Origin: Squalus acanthias
Taxonomy: Eukaryota
NCBI GenBank assembly: GCA_030390025.1
Contig: CM059426.1
Span: 109,120,001-109,184,000, forward strand
Direction: 5' to 3'
Length of the DNA: 64,000 nt
Each line of letters begins with the position of its first letter. Position 1 is the first letter of the stretch. Below, piece after piece: positions 23,860-36,029 of this stretch. Position numbers and translations under genes: made by a program. The notes beneath the pieces are model-generated. The model was not told the DNA's origin. It worked only from the letters and a program-made list of their open reading frames with translations, and did not search any database.

Positions 23860-25990
23860 CAGTGCTCAGCAGGGGGAGTCATACTTCTGTGCATGCCATC
23901 CAAGTGCTCCCCCTGCTCAACCACACCCTCACCACCACCTTTGATGCCCTAGTCCCCATTAAAACAATTACCCTCACCCTGGCCGTTTCCCCGGTGCAGC
24001 TGTCCTTCGCTCCATTAAGTCCAAGGGACGCAGACTTGAATGGATATGCTGGACAACTGGTTTAGCCATTCACCGCCAGATCTGGCTGGACCACATAAAG
24101 GGTCCTGCTCTCGTCTGCCAAAACTATTCAGTATTCCAGGATAGTCCTGGAATGCAAAGATAACCCCCGGCTTCTTTTCTCTACTGTAAACCGTCTTCTA
24201 AACCCCTCTCCCTTGTCTCCTCCACCCTCGCCTCCAACAACAAGTATGAGGAGCTCATGAACGTTTTTGTCACTAAGATTGAGACCATCTGACCAGCTGA
24301 CTCTGCCGCTTGCCTCCCTTCTCCTAGCCCACCGGGTCAAACTTCCACTAAGGTTTCCCCCTTCCCAAACTCTCTCGTTTCCCTATCTCCCCTCATGCCC
24401 TCTCCAAGCTCATTTTGTCCATGAGACCCACTTCCTGCTTCCTCGACCCTATTGCCACTAAACTGCTGACCACCTAACTTCCCTTCCTGGCTTCCAAGTT
24501 AGCTGATATTGTTAACGGTTCTCTCTCATCAGATACTGCCCCCTCTCCTTCAAATCTGCCCTCATCACCCTCTCCTCAAAAAAAAAACAACCCTTGACCC
24601 CTCCGTCCTTGCAAACTACCACCTCATCTCCAACCTCCCTTTCTTCTCCAAAGTCCTTGAACGTGTCGTCACCTCCTAAATCTGTTTCCATCTTTCCCGG
24701 AACTCCATGTTTGAATCCCTCAATCAGGTTTCCGCCTCGCCACAGTACAGAAACGGCTCTTATCAAAGTCACAAATTACATCCTATGTGACTGTGACAAA
24801 AGTAAATTATCCTTCTCGACCTGTCTGCAGCCTTTGACATGGTTGACCACACAGTGCTCCTCCAACGCCTCTCCACCGTTATCCAGCCGATTGGGACTGC
24901 ACTCGTATGGTTCCGTTCTTATCTATCTAACCGTAGTCAGAGAATGACCTGCAATGGCTTCTCTTCACACTCCCGCACCGTTTTTTTCTGGTGTCCCCCG
25001 AGGATCTATCCTTGGCCCTCTCCTATTTCTCATCTACATGCTGCCCCTCAGTGACATCATCCGAAAACACAGCGTCAGTTTCCACATGTACGCTGACGAC
25101 ACCCAGCTCTACCTCACCACCACCTCGCTCGACCCTTCCCCCGCTGTCTAAATTGTCAGACTGCTTGTCTGCCATCCAATACTGGATGAGCAGAAATTTC
25201 CTCCAACTAAATAGTGGGAAGACAAAAGCCATTGTCTTCGGTCCCTGCCACAAACGCCGTTCCCTAGCCACCGACTCCATCCCTCTCCCTGGCAATTGAC
25301 TTCGCAATCTTGGTGTCATATTTGACCCCGAGATAAGCTTCTAACCACATCCACGCCATCACAAAGACCGCCTGTTTCCACCTCCAGAACATCACCCAAC
25401 TCCGCCCTTGCTTTAGCTCATCTGCTGCTGAAACCCTCATCCATGCCTTTGTTACCTCTAGGCTATTACAACGCACTCCTGGCTGGCCTCCGATGTTCTA
25501 CCCTTCATAAACTTGAAGTCATCCAAAACTCTGCTGCCCGTGTCCTAACTTGCACAAAGTCCCGTTCACCCATCACCCCTGTGCTCACTGACTTGCACTG
25601 GCTCCTGGTTAAGCAATACTTCGATTTTAAAATTCTCATTCTTGTTTTCAAATCCCTCCATGGCCTCGCCCCTCCCTTTTTCTAATGTCCTCCAGCCCCA
25701 CAACCCTCATATATCTGTGCTCCTCTAATTCTGCCCTCTTGAGCATCCCCAATTTTAATCGCTCCACCATTGGTGGCTGTGTCTTCAGCTGCCAAGGCCC
25801 TAAGTTCTGGAATTCCCTCGCTAAACCTCTCCGCTTCTCTACCTCTCTTTCCTCCTTTGAGACGCTCCTTAACACCTACCTCTTATCTGCCCTAATACCT
25901 CCTTATGTGGCTCGGTGTGAAATTTTGTTTTATGATGCTCCTGTGGGACGTTTTATTTTGCTAAAGGCACTATATAAATACAAGTTGTTG
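23860..25990 (+). mobile_element. L2 LINE, 5'-truncated and frameshifted
   Basis: Encodes [55 protein letters not shown]; tail tatataaatacaagttgttg. Confidence 0.92.
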
Positions 25991-27149
25991 GTAACCCCAA
26001 CAAGTAACCTGAAGTATGCATTCAAACTCCTGAATGACGAGAAATGTAGAGCTGAAAGTTAAACAGGAGAAATCCGAACCTCCCATAGTACTTTTAAAAA
26101 TGCAGTGGAAAATTATTTGTTTTGCTGTTCAAATACATATATTTGCAGATTGTTCTTTTTATGCTGGATACAATTTCTTGATGTGTAATAAGCAGAAAGG
26201 CTGACTTTCAAACCATATAGTTCCCATCATTGAGGCAATCTTGAATTTGTTTCTAGGGCTAGGTGGAGAGAGAAAGGGTAGGAGAGGGCCTTTATATTCC
26301 TTGGCTGGCATATCATGCAGTTATAGTGCTGCATTAGTGTAAATTAATAAAGTAGGCTAATTTATCAATTATGCTTCTTGACTAATGGGTTCCCCTGCTT
26401 CCCACAGTTCTTCAGTCAACTTGTGATTTTTGTTATTACTACAGTTCCTTTAGCCTCACTTCTTTTATCATTCTTTTGGCTTCTGGTTGTTTTGTTGGAG
26501 GAGGAACAAAATTGTTTTAATCTAAGATTAATGTAATTTCATCAGCACAGAGTTAAGTGTTGAATATGATCTGCCAATTACTTTTGTTTGGATGAGATAC
26601 TATTTTACAGAACAAATTAACAGCTAAACTCTTATCCAGAAAATGCATATTTCACAACAGTCTAATTTCTTCCACAATAAATCTAGGTTATTTTTAGTGA
26701 AATTGTCATACATTTCCAAAATAGCAAGAAAATATATATTTTTTCTATTCTTGCTTCTAAATCTAATCAACTGGGCAATGCATGTCCAAGAATAACTCCT
26801 TCCCTTTTGAGCACAGTTGCTATTGGAAGTTTTTTAAATTTGACTGCACTATATGAAAACATTTGTTTCACGCAGTAAAGTAGTAATCATAGCACTGTTA
26901 TATCTTGGATCAATAATTTATTAATTTGTACTAAAAATCAAGTGGATGTATCTTGATCCTTGGGTAAATATAGTGAGTGGTATGGCACAACAAGCCTGAA
27001 ACCATCCTGTTCAGCTCCGGCCAGAAGCTGAGCACCCTAATCCTGATTTTTTTTTTTTCTGCCCCCTTCTTGGGTTCTTAGTCAGGCCTGATCTGACGGG
27101 GCACAGCTTTTGCATACTGTATGACCCAGAGCTGAGCATCTCTCTTTCT

Positions 27150-27661
27150 CTAACACTCTCCTCAGTGGTCTCCAGAACTTCACCCTACACAGACACAAAT
27201 TCATCACTCAGCACTACTGTGCATCCTATTCCATACCAAGTTCTGCTCAACTATCACCTTTCTTGCTGACTTTTGCTGGCTCCCTGCTTTCCATTGTATT
27301 CATTTCAAAATCCTGGTACTTGCCTAAAAATAATTTCATAGCCTTGCACCACCTAACTGCTGCAGTCTCCCCAGCCTGCCATTATAATGCCCATGCCCAG
27401 TTCACATCCTTTGCTCTTCTATTTGGATTTAGTGTGTGATCCCCCTCTTCCTCCCCCCCCCCCCTCTTTAGTGGCAAAGCCTCCAGGCATCCTGCCCGTG
27501 CACTCTCGAAGTCCATTACTAAACTCATCTATAAAAGCCACCTCAAAACCCACCTCTTCATCCAACAATGCCTTCAGCCAATTGCTGCTCCATGTCCAAC
27601 CCCTTCCTCTTTGTGAAATATCTTGGATATATTGGGAACATTATACAAATGTAGGTTGTTG
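27150..27661 (+). mobile_element. Very old L2 3' fragment
   Basis: Decayed WLP...IHFKILV-like segment and L2-like tail tatacaaatgtaggttgtt. Confidence 0.5.
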
Positions 27662-28588
27662 AACTGTTTCCCCACGAAACTTCCAAGTTTGATTCATGAT
27701 TTGTGCTAAGTTTGTTCTCATTTGGGTCAGCAATGGTGACTGCTACAAATGGCAAACAATATCCTTGGGCTGGGGTGGAGGTAATCAGCTCAGAGACTGA
27801 GTCCTGCTGGAGGTGTGCATGTGTAGATAGTGGATGCAGAGAGGAGTGGGCTTGGATGTGACAAGTCCATGATTAAATATCCTACCTGACATTTATAATC
27901 CATATTTAGAGGGCTGCTGCTGCTGCTTGTGGAATTGTAACCTGTCATGGGTTGCTTCCTTTAGGAGAGTTGGGGCAAGAGGAGAAAGTTAAAGTGGAAA
28001 AAAAGATTGAGTCCTATCTTTTTAGAGGAAAAAATGGGATAGAGGATTGGTACCCATCTCAAAATATTTTTTAAGAAGTGTAGTTGGTTTAGAAGTAGGC
28101 ATATTGTCAAAACAAGGTAACTATATTATTTTCCACATTTTTATTGTTTCAGTTTTAAGTGGCAGATGCACACTTTTTTCTTTGTGGTCTTTCTGATGTG
28201 TTTTTTTTTTAATACGCTGATGTTAAAAGTGCATTCGAGTCTCATTAATTGTACTCCTTTTAAAAGCCATTTAACAAAGATTTTGGATTATTTCATTACA
28301 TTAAGTGTTTGACTATAGTAACTTCAGTTGTAATTTAGCTACACATCTACAAAATGTTACCAATAAATTGCCTGAGTGAAAATTTTTATTCATTGGCATG
28401 TATATTCTGAGTCAGCTATTCGCAGCTAGAAAATGAGCTGTTACATGAAAAATGCTCTCATTGATGTTTTGGACTTTACTTATCAAGTATCCTTGGTACT
28501 GGATCATTCAGAAAGGAAGAGAAAGCACTGTGTTCTAACTAATTGGAATATAAACATTATAATTAATATTTGAATGTTTTTCTTGCAG

Positions 28589-28660
28589 AGATGTGAGGAA
28601 CAATCTCATCAGTAATATAGAATCAGGTGCTTTCTGGGGACTTTCAGCACTGAAAAGACT
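28589..28660 (+). CDS. ADGRA3: ADGRA3/GPR125 coding exon (LRR; probably exon 3)
   Basis: 72-nt exon bounded by ttcttgcag|...|gtgagt. Encodes DVRNNLISNIESGAFWGLSALKRL, matching the ADGRA3 LRR as I recall it (DLRNNLISSIDPGAFWGLSSLKRL). Phase 2-2. Confidence 0.95.
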
Positions 28661-28776
28661 GTGAGTATTGAAATAATTGATGCATACACGTATGAGGCCG
28701 CAAACAACCTATTGTAGTTTCTGTCGTTGGTATTATGAATTGAAAAGTGCTGCTTTGGAGCAAGTTTCAACCGTCG

Positions 28777-28950
28777 GAACTTTCAACTTTGGGGGTGTAA
28801 AATAGGCGATATCGGATCGGTGGTACGTTTATAAACCCATCCGATTTTCATTTCCATTGACTTCACGGAGTGGAAAATCGGGAGGAGGGATGTATAATGG
28901 GCGGCCAATCTCGTATTGCCCATTTTACGCCCCAACAAAGTTGAAAGTTC
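28777..28950. mobile_element. Palindromic MITE
   Basis: Perfect 14-bp TIR GAACTTTCAACTTT / AAAGTTGAAAGTTC plus internal symmetry (ccgattttc / gaaaatcgg). Confidence 0.75.
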
Positions 28951-29252
28951 ACCCAACATTTAAGTTGGTCTGAGTTTAGCCTGTGATAAGGACCTAGAGT
29001 ATAATGCATCTCGAGTTGTATGCTGTCACTAAAATATTAGGGCTTTGAACCTGAAGTATGAATTTTCCCAGATTGTCATCCTTACTGCTGGTACAGCCCA
29101 AACTCTGCATTGTCTTCCAATTTAGAAGACTAAGGTTCCAATAAGTAAAAGTAGAGCTGCAAAATCCAGTAGTTTGTTCAATCCTGGTCTTTGTCTAACC
29201 CACGTGAGCACTTTCCAATATGAACCTAAAGAGAAGTGATTCAGTAGATTCA

Positions 29253-29300
29253 TGTCAATTGTTGAGCAGATTTGTCAATTGTTGAGCAGATTTGTTAATT
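29253..29300 (+). repeat. 20-bp tandem duplication
   Basis: TGTCAATTGTTGAGCAGATT twice plus a partial third copy. Confidence 0.85.
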
Positions 29301-29794
29301 CAATATATATAACATGGCTACTACATTAAGATTTTCAAAAACAGTGCATTCATTCATCAGCCCATCCATCCATCCTTAATTTCAAAATTGTTTCTTTCAA
29401 ATTCAATGGTTGACAGCCTAGGTTGTGAGCTATTTATAATATACTACTATTTTCCACCACTTCCACCTGCCATTCACAGTCCCAGTCTTAGGCCCTGCTC
29501 ATTTCTACCTCCCAAACCCCAACCTCTGTTTCCTCTCAGGCTCCAGCCCCTTGTTTCCCTTGATGTGCGCATGATGCAGCAGGTGACTGTGAGACACTGA
29601 GTGCTGCTTACTTTTAAATTGTTTGGCATTGTGAACTTCCTTGGAATGGTTCAGCAGAAGAGACATCTGGGCCAAGTTCTCCATCAGGATTTAAGACCCA
29701 CTCTTCCTTTTGCAAACAGTCCCACAGTTTTGCTAGAAAAAAATAAAAAGCTTGGATCCGGAGGTGCAGCCTGCTGGGAGTTCCTAAGCCTAAA

Positions 29795-30448
29795 ACTTTG
29801 GTTGCTAACGGGGCGCAAAGCAACTAGCGCCTGGGCGCAGTGCCGCTGCCAACGCCTCCCGCGAAATTCAGCGGGAGGTTAGCGGCAGCGGTAACCGTTA
29901 GCGCCCCGCGGCACTGCGCCGCCAGCGATGACGCTATCGCCGTGCGCAGCGCCCTGCTCACGCCCCGGCCGCGATCTTCGGTAGCGCCCCCTGATTTATC
30001 GCCGGATGCTATGTCCGACAGGGTCAGGGGGGCCTATCTGCGGCTGGGGCGGTGTAAATTAAAGAGACGGTGGCGGACGGCCATTTTTGTTGCTGGCTGC
30101 CTGGCAGCACCTGCCCCCGTTGCTGTCCCCGGCCTCCTGTGAAGCCCCCCCCCCCCCGCGGGGTGCCGGCTGCGTTCCGTGAGCCCGGCACTTCTCTTGA
30201 GTGCCGGGCTCTTTTGCCGGCACTCCGATCCCTGGTGGCCCAGCTGGGCCCCGGGTCGCGCTGCGCAAGGCCCCCCCCCCCCTTTAATAAGGGGAGGAAG
30301 GCCTGCTGTACCGCGGCGCGACGTGCTGCGATATTCACTCGCAGCGCCCCAAGAGGGAGGTGGGGCGCTTCCAGTAGTGCCCCGCTACCCTCTTGGGGCA
30401 CTACCGGTGAATTTCGGGCGCGGGGGCACGACCCAATTTTTCCCCCCC
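29795..30448. mobile_element. GC/CpG-rich non-autonomous DNA transposon (Harbinger-like), left end truncated
   Basis: Right end CCCAATTTTTCCCCCCC resembles the TIR of 50372-51261; shares ggggcgc/agcgcccc motifs. Confidence 0.6.
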
Positions 30449-31318
30449 TAGTATATTATTTGACACTAATGTTTCTGTAGTGGTTAGGCTCTTCCGAATG
30501 GAGTTTGAGGATGCACAGGAGGAGAGCTACAATTTTGCACAGAGGGAGGAGGTCATATCTTTGGCTGTCAGAAGACCTGAATCTTCAGGTCTGCCTCCAG
30601 GTCTCTTTGAAAGGTAAAAGGAGAATAAGGGAGCGATCTAAAGAAAGAAACTGTTGTAGAGTATATTGTGTGTGAAACATACAGATTGAAACATAAAAGA
30701 GAGAAAGAGAAACATATAACGAGTGAGAGACATACAAGAAGGGAGACCAAAAGAAACAAGACTTGCGAATAAGAGATAACAAAAGTTGAAATTATGGATG
30801 TACAGATATGAAGAAGACAACAGGAGATAGTGTGTAAGAGCCATGCAGAGAAAGAGAGAGGGGTTAACTTCTGGGATGTTGGCCAGTGGAGCACTCTGGC
30901 AGCCTGCCCATTCCATGGGTGAAGAGGTTGAAGCTATTTTGAGGCTTTGGCCTCATTTAATTGGAACCGGCTGCTAAATGGCCAACCCAAAGTACCTCAC
31001 TGGATTTAAGCCAACCAAACATCGGGTGGCTCAGAGGCTGCCGGGCCACCAGCTGGGTGTTGGGGGAGGGGGGGTTGCGATCGCAGAATGTGGCAGTGGC
31101 CCAGATTATATTGTGAGGCACAGTGAAGCACTTCTACTCCTCCTGGCCCCTCAAAAATCATTTCAAACATACCTTCCAGTGCCTTTTTAGCTGTATCACC
31201 AGTGAAGCTTTTCGGCAAGTGCACGGTGTATGCTCCAACCAGTACTATCCTAAAATGATAATCAGGATTGCATGTACATCATAGGACCTTGCTTTACATA
31301 TTATAAGGGGCCTACCAC

Positions 31319-31445
31319 CTGAAACAGGCAGGCAGGCAGGCTCTGGCAGTGGTCGGACCCTCTGAAACAGGCAGGCAGGCTCTGGCAGTGGCAGGACCCT
31401 CTGAAACAGGCAGGCAGGCTCTGGCAGTGGCAGGACCCTCTGAAA
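31319..31445 (+). repeat. 39-bp tandem repeat, ~3 copies
   Basis: CTGAAACAGGCAGGCAGGCTCTGGCAGTGGCAGGACCCT units; the first has an extra CAGG. Confidence 0.9.
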
Positions 31446-31789
31446 GTGGCAGTGGGATGATCGTCGACACTAAAGGGACAGTAAGTCTAACGACACAATT
31501 TTGAAGAAGTTACTGCCCCATTAATGCTGATTCCAGCAAATTAAAATCAAACCAAGAGAAATAAGTATAGGGAGACAGGCAAAGAATTGGAGAGTGGCAA
31601 TCTGTCAGAGAGGAAGAGGGAGAAAATTTACCTTTTTTTCCCACGAGTAATCTCATAGAAGGAAAATCTGATTACGTTCTTCGCGCCACCACCCACCCAC
31701 CCCCCCCCAACCAATTAATATACAAGTTGTTGTCTTCGCTTCATAAGTTGTTGCTCCTCTTCTACACTTTTCACGCACACGCAGTTGTA

Positions 31790-32110
31790 CATAGCAATGT
31801 TTCATAAAAAGCAAATTAAATGACTCGCCAGTTAATTTGGTTTTTTTGCGAGTGTTTGTTGAGGAATGAATGTTGGCCAAGACATTGGGCAAACTGCCTG
31901 CTCTTCCTTTGAATAGTGCCATAAGATATTTTGCATATACATGAACAGGCAGATAGGGCCTCAGGCTAACATTTCATCCTAAAGATGGCACTTCCAACAA
32001 GGCAGCATTCCCTCTGTACTCTACTGAAGTGTTAACTTAGATTTTGTCCTCAAATTGTGGAGTGGGGCCTGAATCCACTCTGACTCAGGCGAGAGTGCTA
32101 CCATCGGAGT
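31790..32110 (-). mobile_element. DeuSINE-like SINE (diverged)
   Basis: Homologous to 1055-1505 and 49905-50345. Confidence 0.65.
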
Positions 32111-32517
32111 GAAATTGTTGCTTGTTGGAAAATAACTGCTAACAGTACTGATAGTGGCGAACGCATTAGCTTATTAATTGTCTTCATAACTGGTGTGGTG
32201 GTCAGAGTCTCGTCGGACACAGGCTCAATTCCCCTGAGCTTTGGATCTCAGCTGCCTTGCTGAAGAGGGTTCAAGCATCATCGCATAGAGGAAGGGGAGA
32301 ATCTGATGGGAATCCACATCAGCATGCTCCTGGTTGCCTCTTGGCAGCTGACCAGTGATGGAGCTGTGCGCTATGGGAGAGGAGAATCCAAAAAAGGAGA
32401 GAAAGATGATGTATGGGTGTGTGCCTTCATAAGATTAGACACTCTGCAAAAAGGAAAAAAGCCTCTCCTATTACATAAATTCACTGATATAACCTGGTGG
32501 ATTATTTTTTCTTGCAG

Positions 32518-32589
32518 GGATTTATCCAACAACAGGATAGGCTGTCTAAATGGGGAAATGTTCAGAGGCTTATCAAATCTTGTCCGATT
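32518..32589 (+). CDS. ADGRA3: ADGRA3 coding exon (LRR)
   Basis: 72-nt exon, cttgcag|...|gtaagt. Encodes DLSNNRIGCLNGEMFRGLSNLVRL; in phase with the previous exon (CT+G=Leu). Confidence 0.95.
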
Positions 32590-32690
32590 GTAAGTGATCA
32601 GTTTAAATCTATTCACATTTTAATTTAAAAATGGTATATAATTTGACTTTATTTTGATCCTGACATTCTATATATTTTGTTAATTTAATT

Positions 32691-33663
32691 ACATAGAATA
32701 TACAGCCCAGAAACAGGCCATTCGGCCCAACCAATCCATGCCGGCGTTTATGCTCCACTCGAGCTTTCTCCCATCCTGCCTCATCTAACTCGATCAGCAT
32801 TACCCTCTATTCCCTTCTCCCTCATATGCTTATCTAGCTTCCCCTTAAATGCATCTATACTATTTGCCTCAACTGCCCCCTATGGTAGTAAGTTCTACAT
32901 TCTCACCACTCTCTGGGTAAAGAAGTTTCTCCTGAATTCCCCATTTGATTTCTTGGTGACTATCTTATATTGATGGCCTCTAGTTTTGCTCTTCCCCACA
33001 AGTGGAAACATTCTCTCTGTATCTACTTTATTAAAACTTTCATAATTTTAAAGACCTCTATATAAGGTCAGCCCTCAGCCTTCTCTTTTCAAGAGAAAAG
33101 AGACCCAGGCTATTCATCCTTTCCTGATAGATATAACCTCGCAGTTCTGGCATCAGCTTTGTAAATCTTCTCTCCAGTGCCTCTATATCCTTTTTATAAT
33201 ATGGCGACCAGGATTGTACGCAGTACTCCAAGTGTGGTCTAACCAAGGTTCAATACAAGTTTAACACAAATTCTCAACTTTTCAATTCTATCCCTCTAGA
33301 AATAAACTCTAATGCTTGGTTTTCTTTTGATATGGCCTTATTGACCTGCGTTGCAACTTTGTGATTTTTGTATTTGTACTCCCAGATCCCTTTGCTCTTC
33401 TACCCCATTTAGATTCTTATTTTCCAAGTAATATGTGACCTCCTTATTTTTCTTATCAAAATGTAATACCTCACACTTATCTATGTTGAAATTCATTTGC
33501 CAATTATATGCCCATTCTGCAAGTTTATTAATGTCTTGTAATTTGTCGCAATCCTCGGTGTTGACTATCCCTCCCAATTTGGTGTCGTCCGCAAATTTAG
33601 AAATTGTGTTTTTGATTCCAAAGTCTAAATCGCTAATATAAATTGTGAACAACAGTGGTCCCA
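32691..33663 (-). mobile_element. CR1 LINE, 5'-truncated
   Basis: Encodes [33 protein letters not shown]; has a CR1 3' UTR. Confidence 0.9.
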
Positions 33664-33716
33664 CTGTTGATGAAACAAGACAGTTAATTTTTTTGAACTG
33701 ATTTTCTTTTTTCCAG

Positions 33717-33788
33717 AAACCTTTCAGGAAACCTGTTTTCGACACTGTCACAAGGGACATTTAAGAACCTTCTGTCACTGAAATACAT
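33717..33788 (+). CDS. ADGRA3: ADGRA3 coding exon (LRR)
   Basis: 72-nt exon, ttccag|...|gtaagt. Encodes NLSGNLFSTLSQGTFKNLLSLKYI; phase consistent (TT+A=Leu). Confidence 0.95.
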
Positions 33789-34211
33789 GTAAGTGATGTA
33801 CTGAGTTTACTTCTTTCTTTGCTGCTTCTCACTTTCTCAAAGTTGTATCTATATTTATTTTCCACTCACTGTAAAATTTAAATCCTGACGTAACAAGAAT
33901 CACATATGCGGTAGCCTTTGGTTGATTCTATTTAATATGTTTCTCCCTGAAACATTTATTGTTAACCCATGTACTTATTTTACATTCCAGAGAGAAAAGT
34001 AATGGTTAAATTGAAGTGTTAATTTATAATTAGCTATATTAAATTCATGTTGAATAATTTTGTGCAATTGATGTACAAAGTTACTAAATAATGAGATGCA
34101 TATATGCTTTGTGTTCTGCCACTTGCTACACAGAGCAAGGAAAAATTAACTGCTTTACATTTTTAAAAAAACAATATGTATCCCATAGTGGTAAATAGGG
34201 AATTAAACCAT

Positions 34212-34370
34212 GGGGTAGAATTTCCGTGGGGGTTCTCCTGATCTACCGCTGTAACCTTGGTAGATGATGAGCGGAATCCCCAAAGAAATGGCGGTTTAAC
34301 GTCATTTCTCCGAGACTTCCACCTGCGTTACGGTGGGAGATTGGGAGATGCCTTGTGGAAATCTACCCCC
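34212..34370. mobile_element. Short palindromic MITE (Harbinger-like G-rich TIR)
   Basis: GGGGTAGAATTTCC / GGAAATCTACCCC termini with imperfect internal symmetry. Confidence 0.65.
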
Positions 34371-35868
34371 CCTGTATATACCAAAGGTCAGGGACTGTGT
34401 TCCATACTTGGCAGTGAAGGAATTAATAGAAAAATAAGGATTCTGTCTTTAAACTGTTTAAATATATTTCCCCTCCAGTAATAGAGTATTGACTGATACA
34501 GGGAAGGACAGAATCTTTACCTTGCATGAGAAAAAATAACTGATGACAAAAGATGGGGTTAAAGGGTATGAAAAGCCAACAGGGCCCTCTTAACAAATTC
34601 CACTTTAACTATTGCTTTAGCTACTAAATTACATGTTGTGAAGGTCACAGACATGAGAGAATTTCTATTGCTATCCGAGTTATACAATGATTTCTTGGTT
34701 GATGCGCTCTGCCAATACATAGAATATACTATATTTAAAACCTTGATACAAATGGAATATGATATTTCTTCATACAAGAGCAATAAATTGTCAGTGACGC
34801 CCACATTCCGTGAATGAATAAAGAAAGAAAAAGAGCAATTTGAATAGGAAGCTCTAAAAGTGAAATTGTTCCTCATTCGTTTCAGGATGTGTGCATTGAA
34901 AGTGCTGTAAGTCAACCTAATGTTGAACTGTTTTAGAAAAATAGCTAATTTTTGCTTTTCTAATTTTGTGCTAGTTTCTTGTTTTTCTTTTGTACATTAG
35001 CCAGTCACTTACCTTGGCCTCTGTGTGCCACACAGCAATTGTGGTGCAGAATGCAGGCAGGTGAACTACTCCTATGCTTCTGTCTGTTCCTCTGTTTCAA
35101 CCACTTGAAATTACATGAAAGTGCCCTGGGCGTGATTCCCACAATGTATTTTCCTCCCATGTAAATAACAAAGCAGCTGGTCTCTGTTCAACACCTCCCC
35201 ATGCTGACAGTGCAAAGAACAGCAAGTCAACGGTGTGGGGCATTATGGAAACAACCTACATCCCATCCTATGCTCACGGTCTGACGCATTGCACCACCTA
35301 TATTACGGAATATTTGCAATTGGCTATTTTATCGAATAAAAACTTGCTGTTGATTTAATGACTGTCAAATAGTTCTTGCAGGTATTTTGACAAAGTGTGT
35401 GTACATGAGCAAGATCCAAATGTCATGGTTTCATTAAAATCACAGGTCATATAAAAGGTTCTTACACAGTAAATAATGTTTGATTTCTTTAAGTTTGCAA
35501 ATTGTCACAATTTCCACACAAGTTATGTGAATTTTAAAATGTAGTTTTATTTTATTGTTGACTTGAATATATTTCAGTTACTATTTACATAACACAAAAT
35601 GTATTTTTATTGGCTTTATCTAATTTTTACAAAATTACATAAAATCGCTAATTTCAGGCAATGAAATTGGGAAAATATCACAAATTACACTTAGAAAACT
35701 TTGATAAACACAAAATTAATTTAAGTGCCATCAAACATGTTTTAGGTGCCTTTTATCGATAGCATGATCTCTGGTTTTGTAACTTAAGAGTATGTTGAGA
35801 GAGCACCTTTTGTAAATTAAAAGCTATTTGAAAACATTGTTTTTAATTTTTAATTTTGTCATTGTTAG

Positions 35869-36029
35869 AGAATTTCAGACGGACTATCTTCTGTGTGATT
35901 GCAACTTGCTTTGGATGATTCAGTGGATAAAGACTCAAAATATAACAGTACGAGAAACTAAATGTGCCTTCCCAAAGTCTCTGCAAAGTCAGCTTGTGAT
36001 GAGTGTGAAGCAAGAACTTCTGACTTGTG
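35869..36029 (+). CDS. ADGRA3: ADGRA3 coding exon (LRRCT cap)
   Basis: 161-nt exon, gttag|...|gtaaga. Encodes EFQTDYLLCDCNLLWMIQWIKTQNITVRETKCAFPKSLQSQLVMSVKQELLTC, with the CxC...C...C LRRCT cysteines. Confidence 0.95.

Noticed and set aside
1-28588. Expected upstream ADGRA3 exons (signal peptide/LRRNT and the first 72-nt LRR exon)
   Set aside because: No convincing match found by eye; probably upstream of the window. A tBLASTn search would settle it.
29795-30480. CpG island or alternative promoter with overlapping GC-rich ORFs
   Set aside because: Ends in a TIR-like sequence shared with 50372-51261. The ORFs are low-complexity products of high GC content with no recognisable domain.
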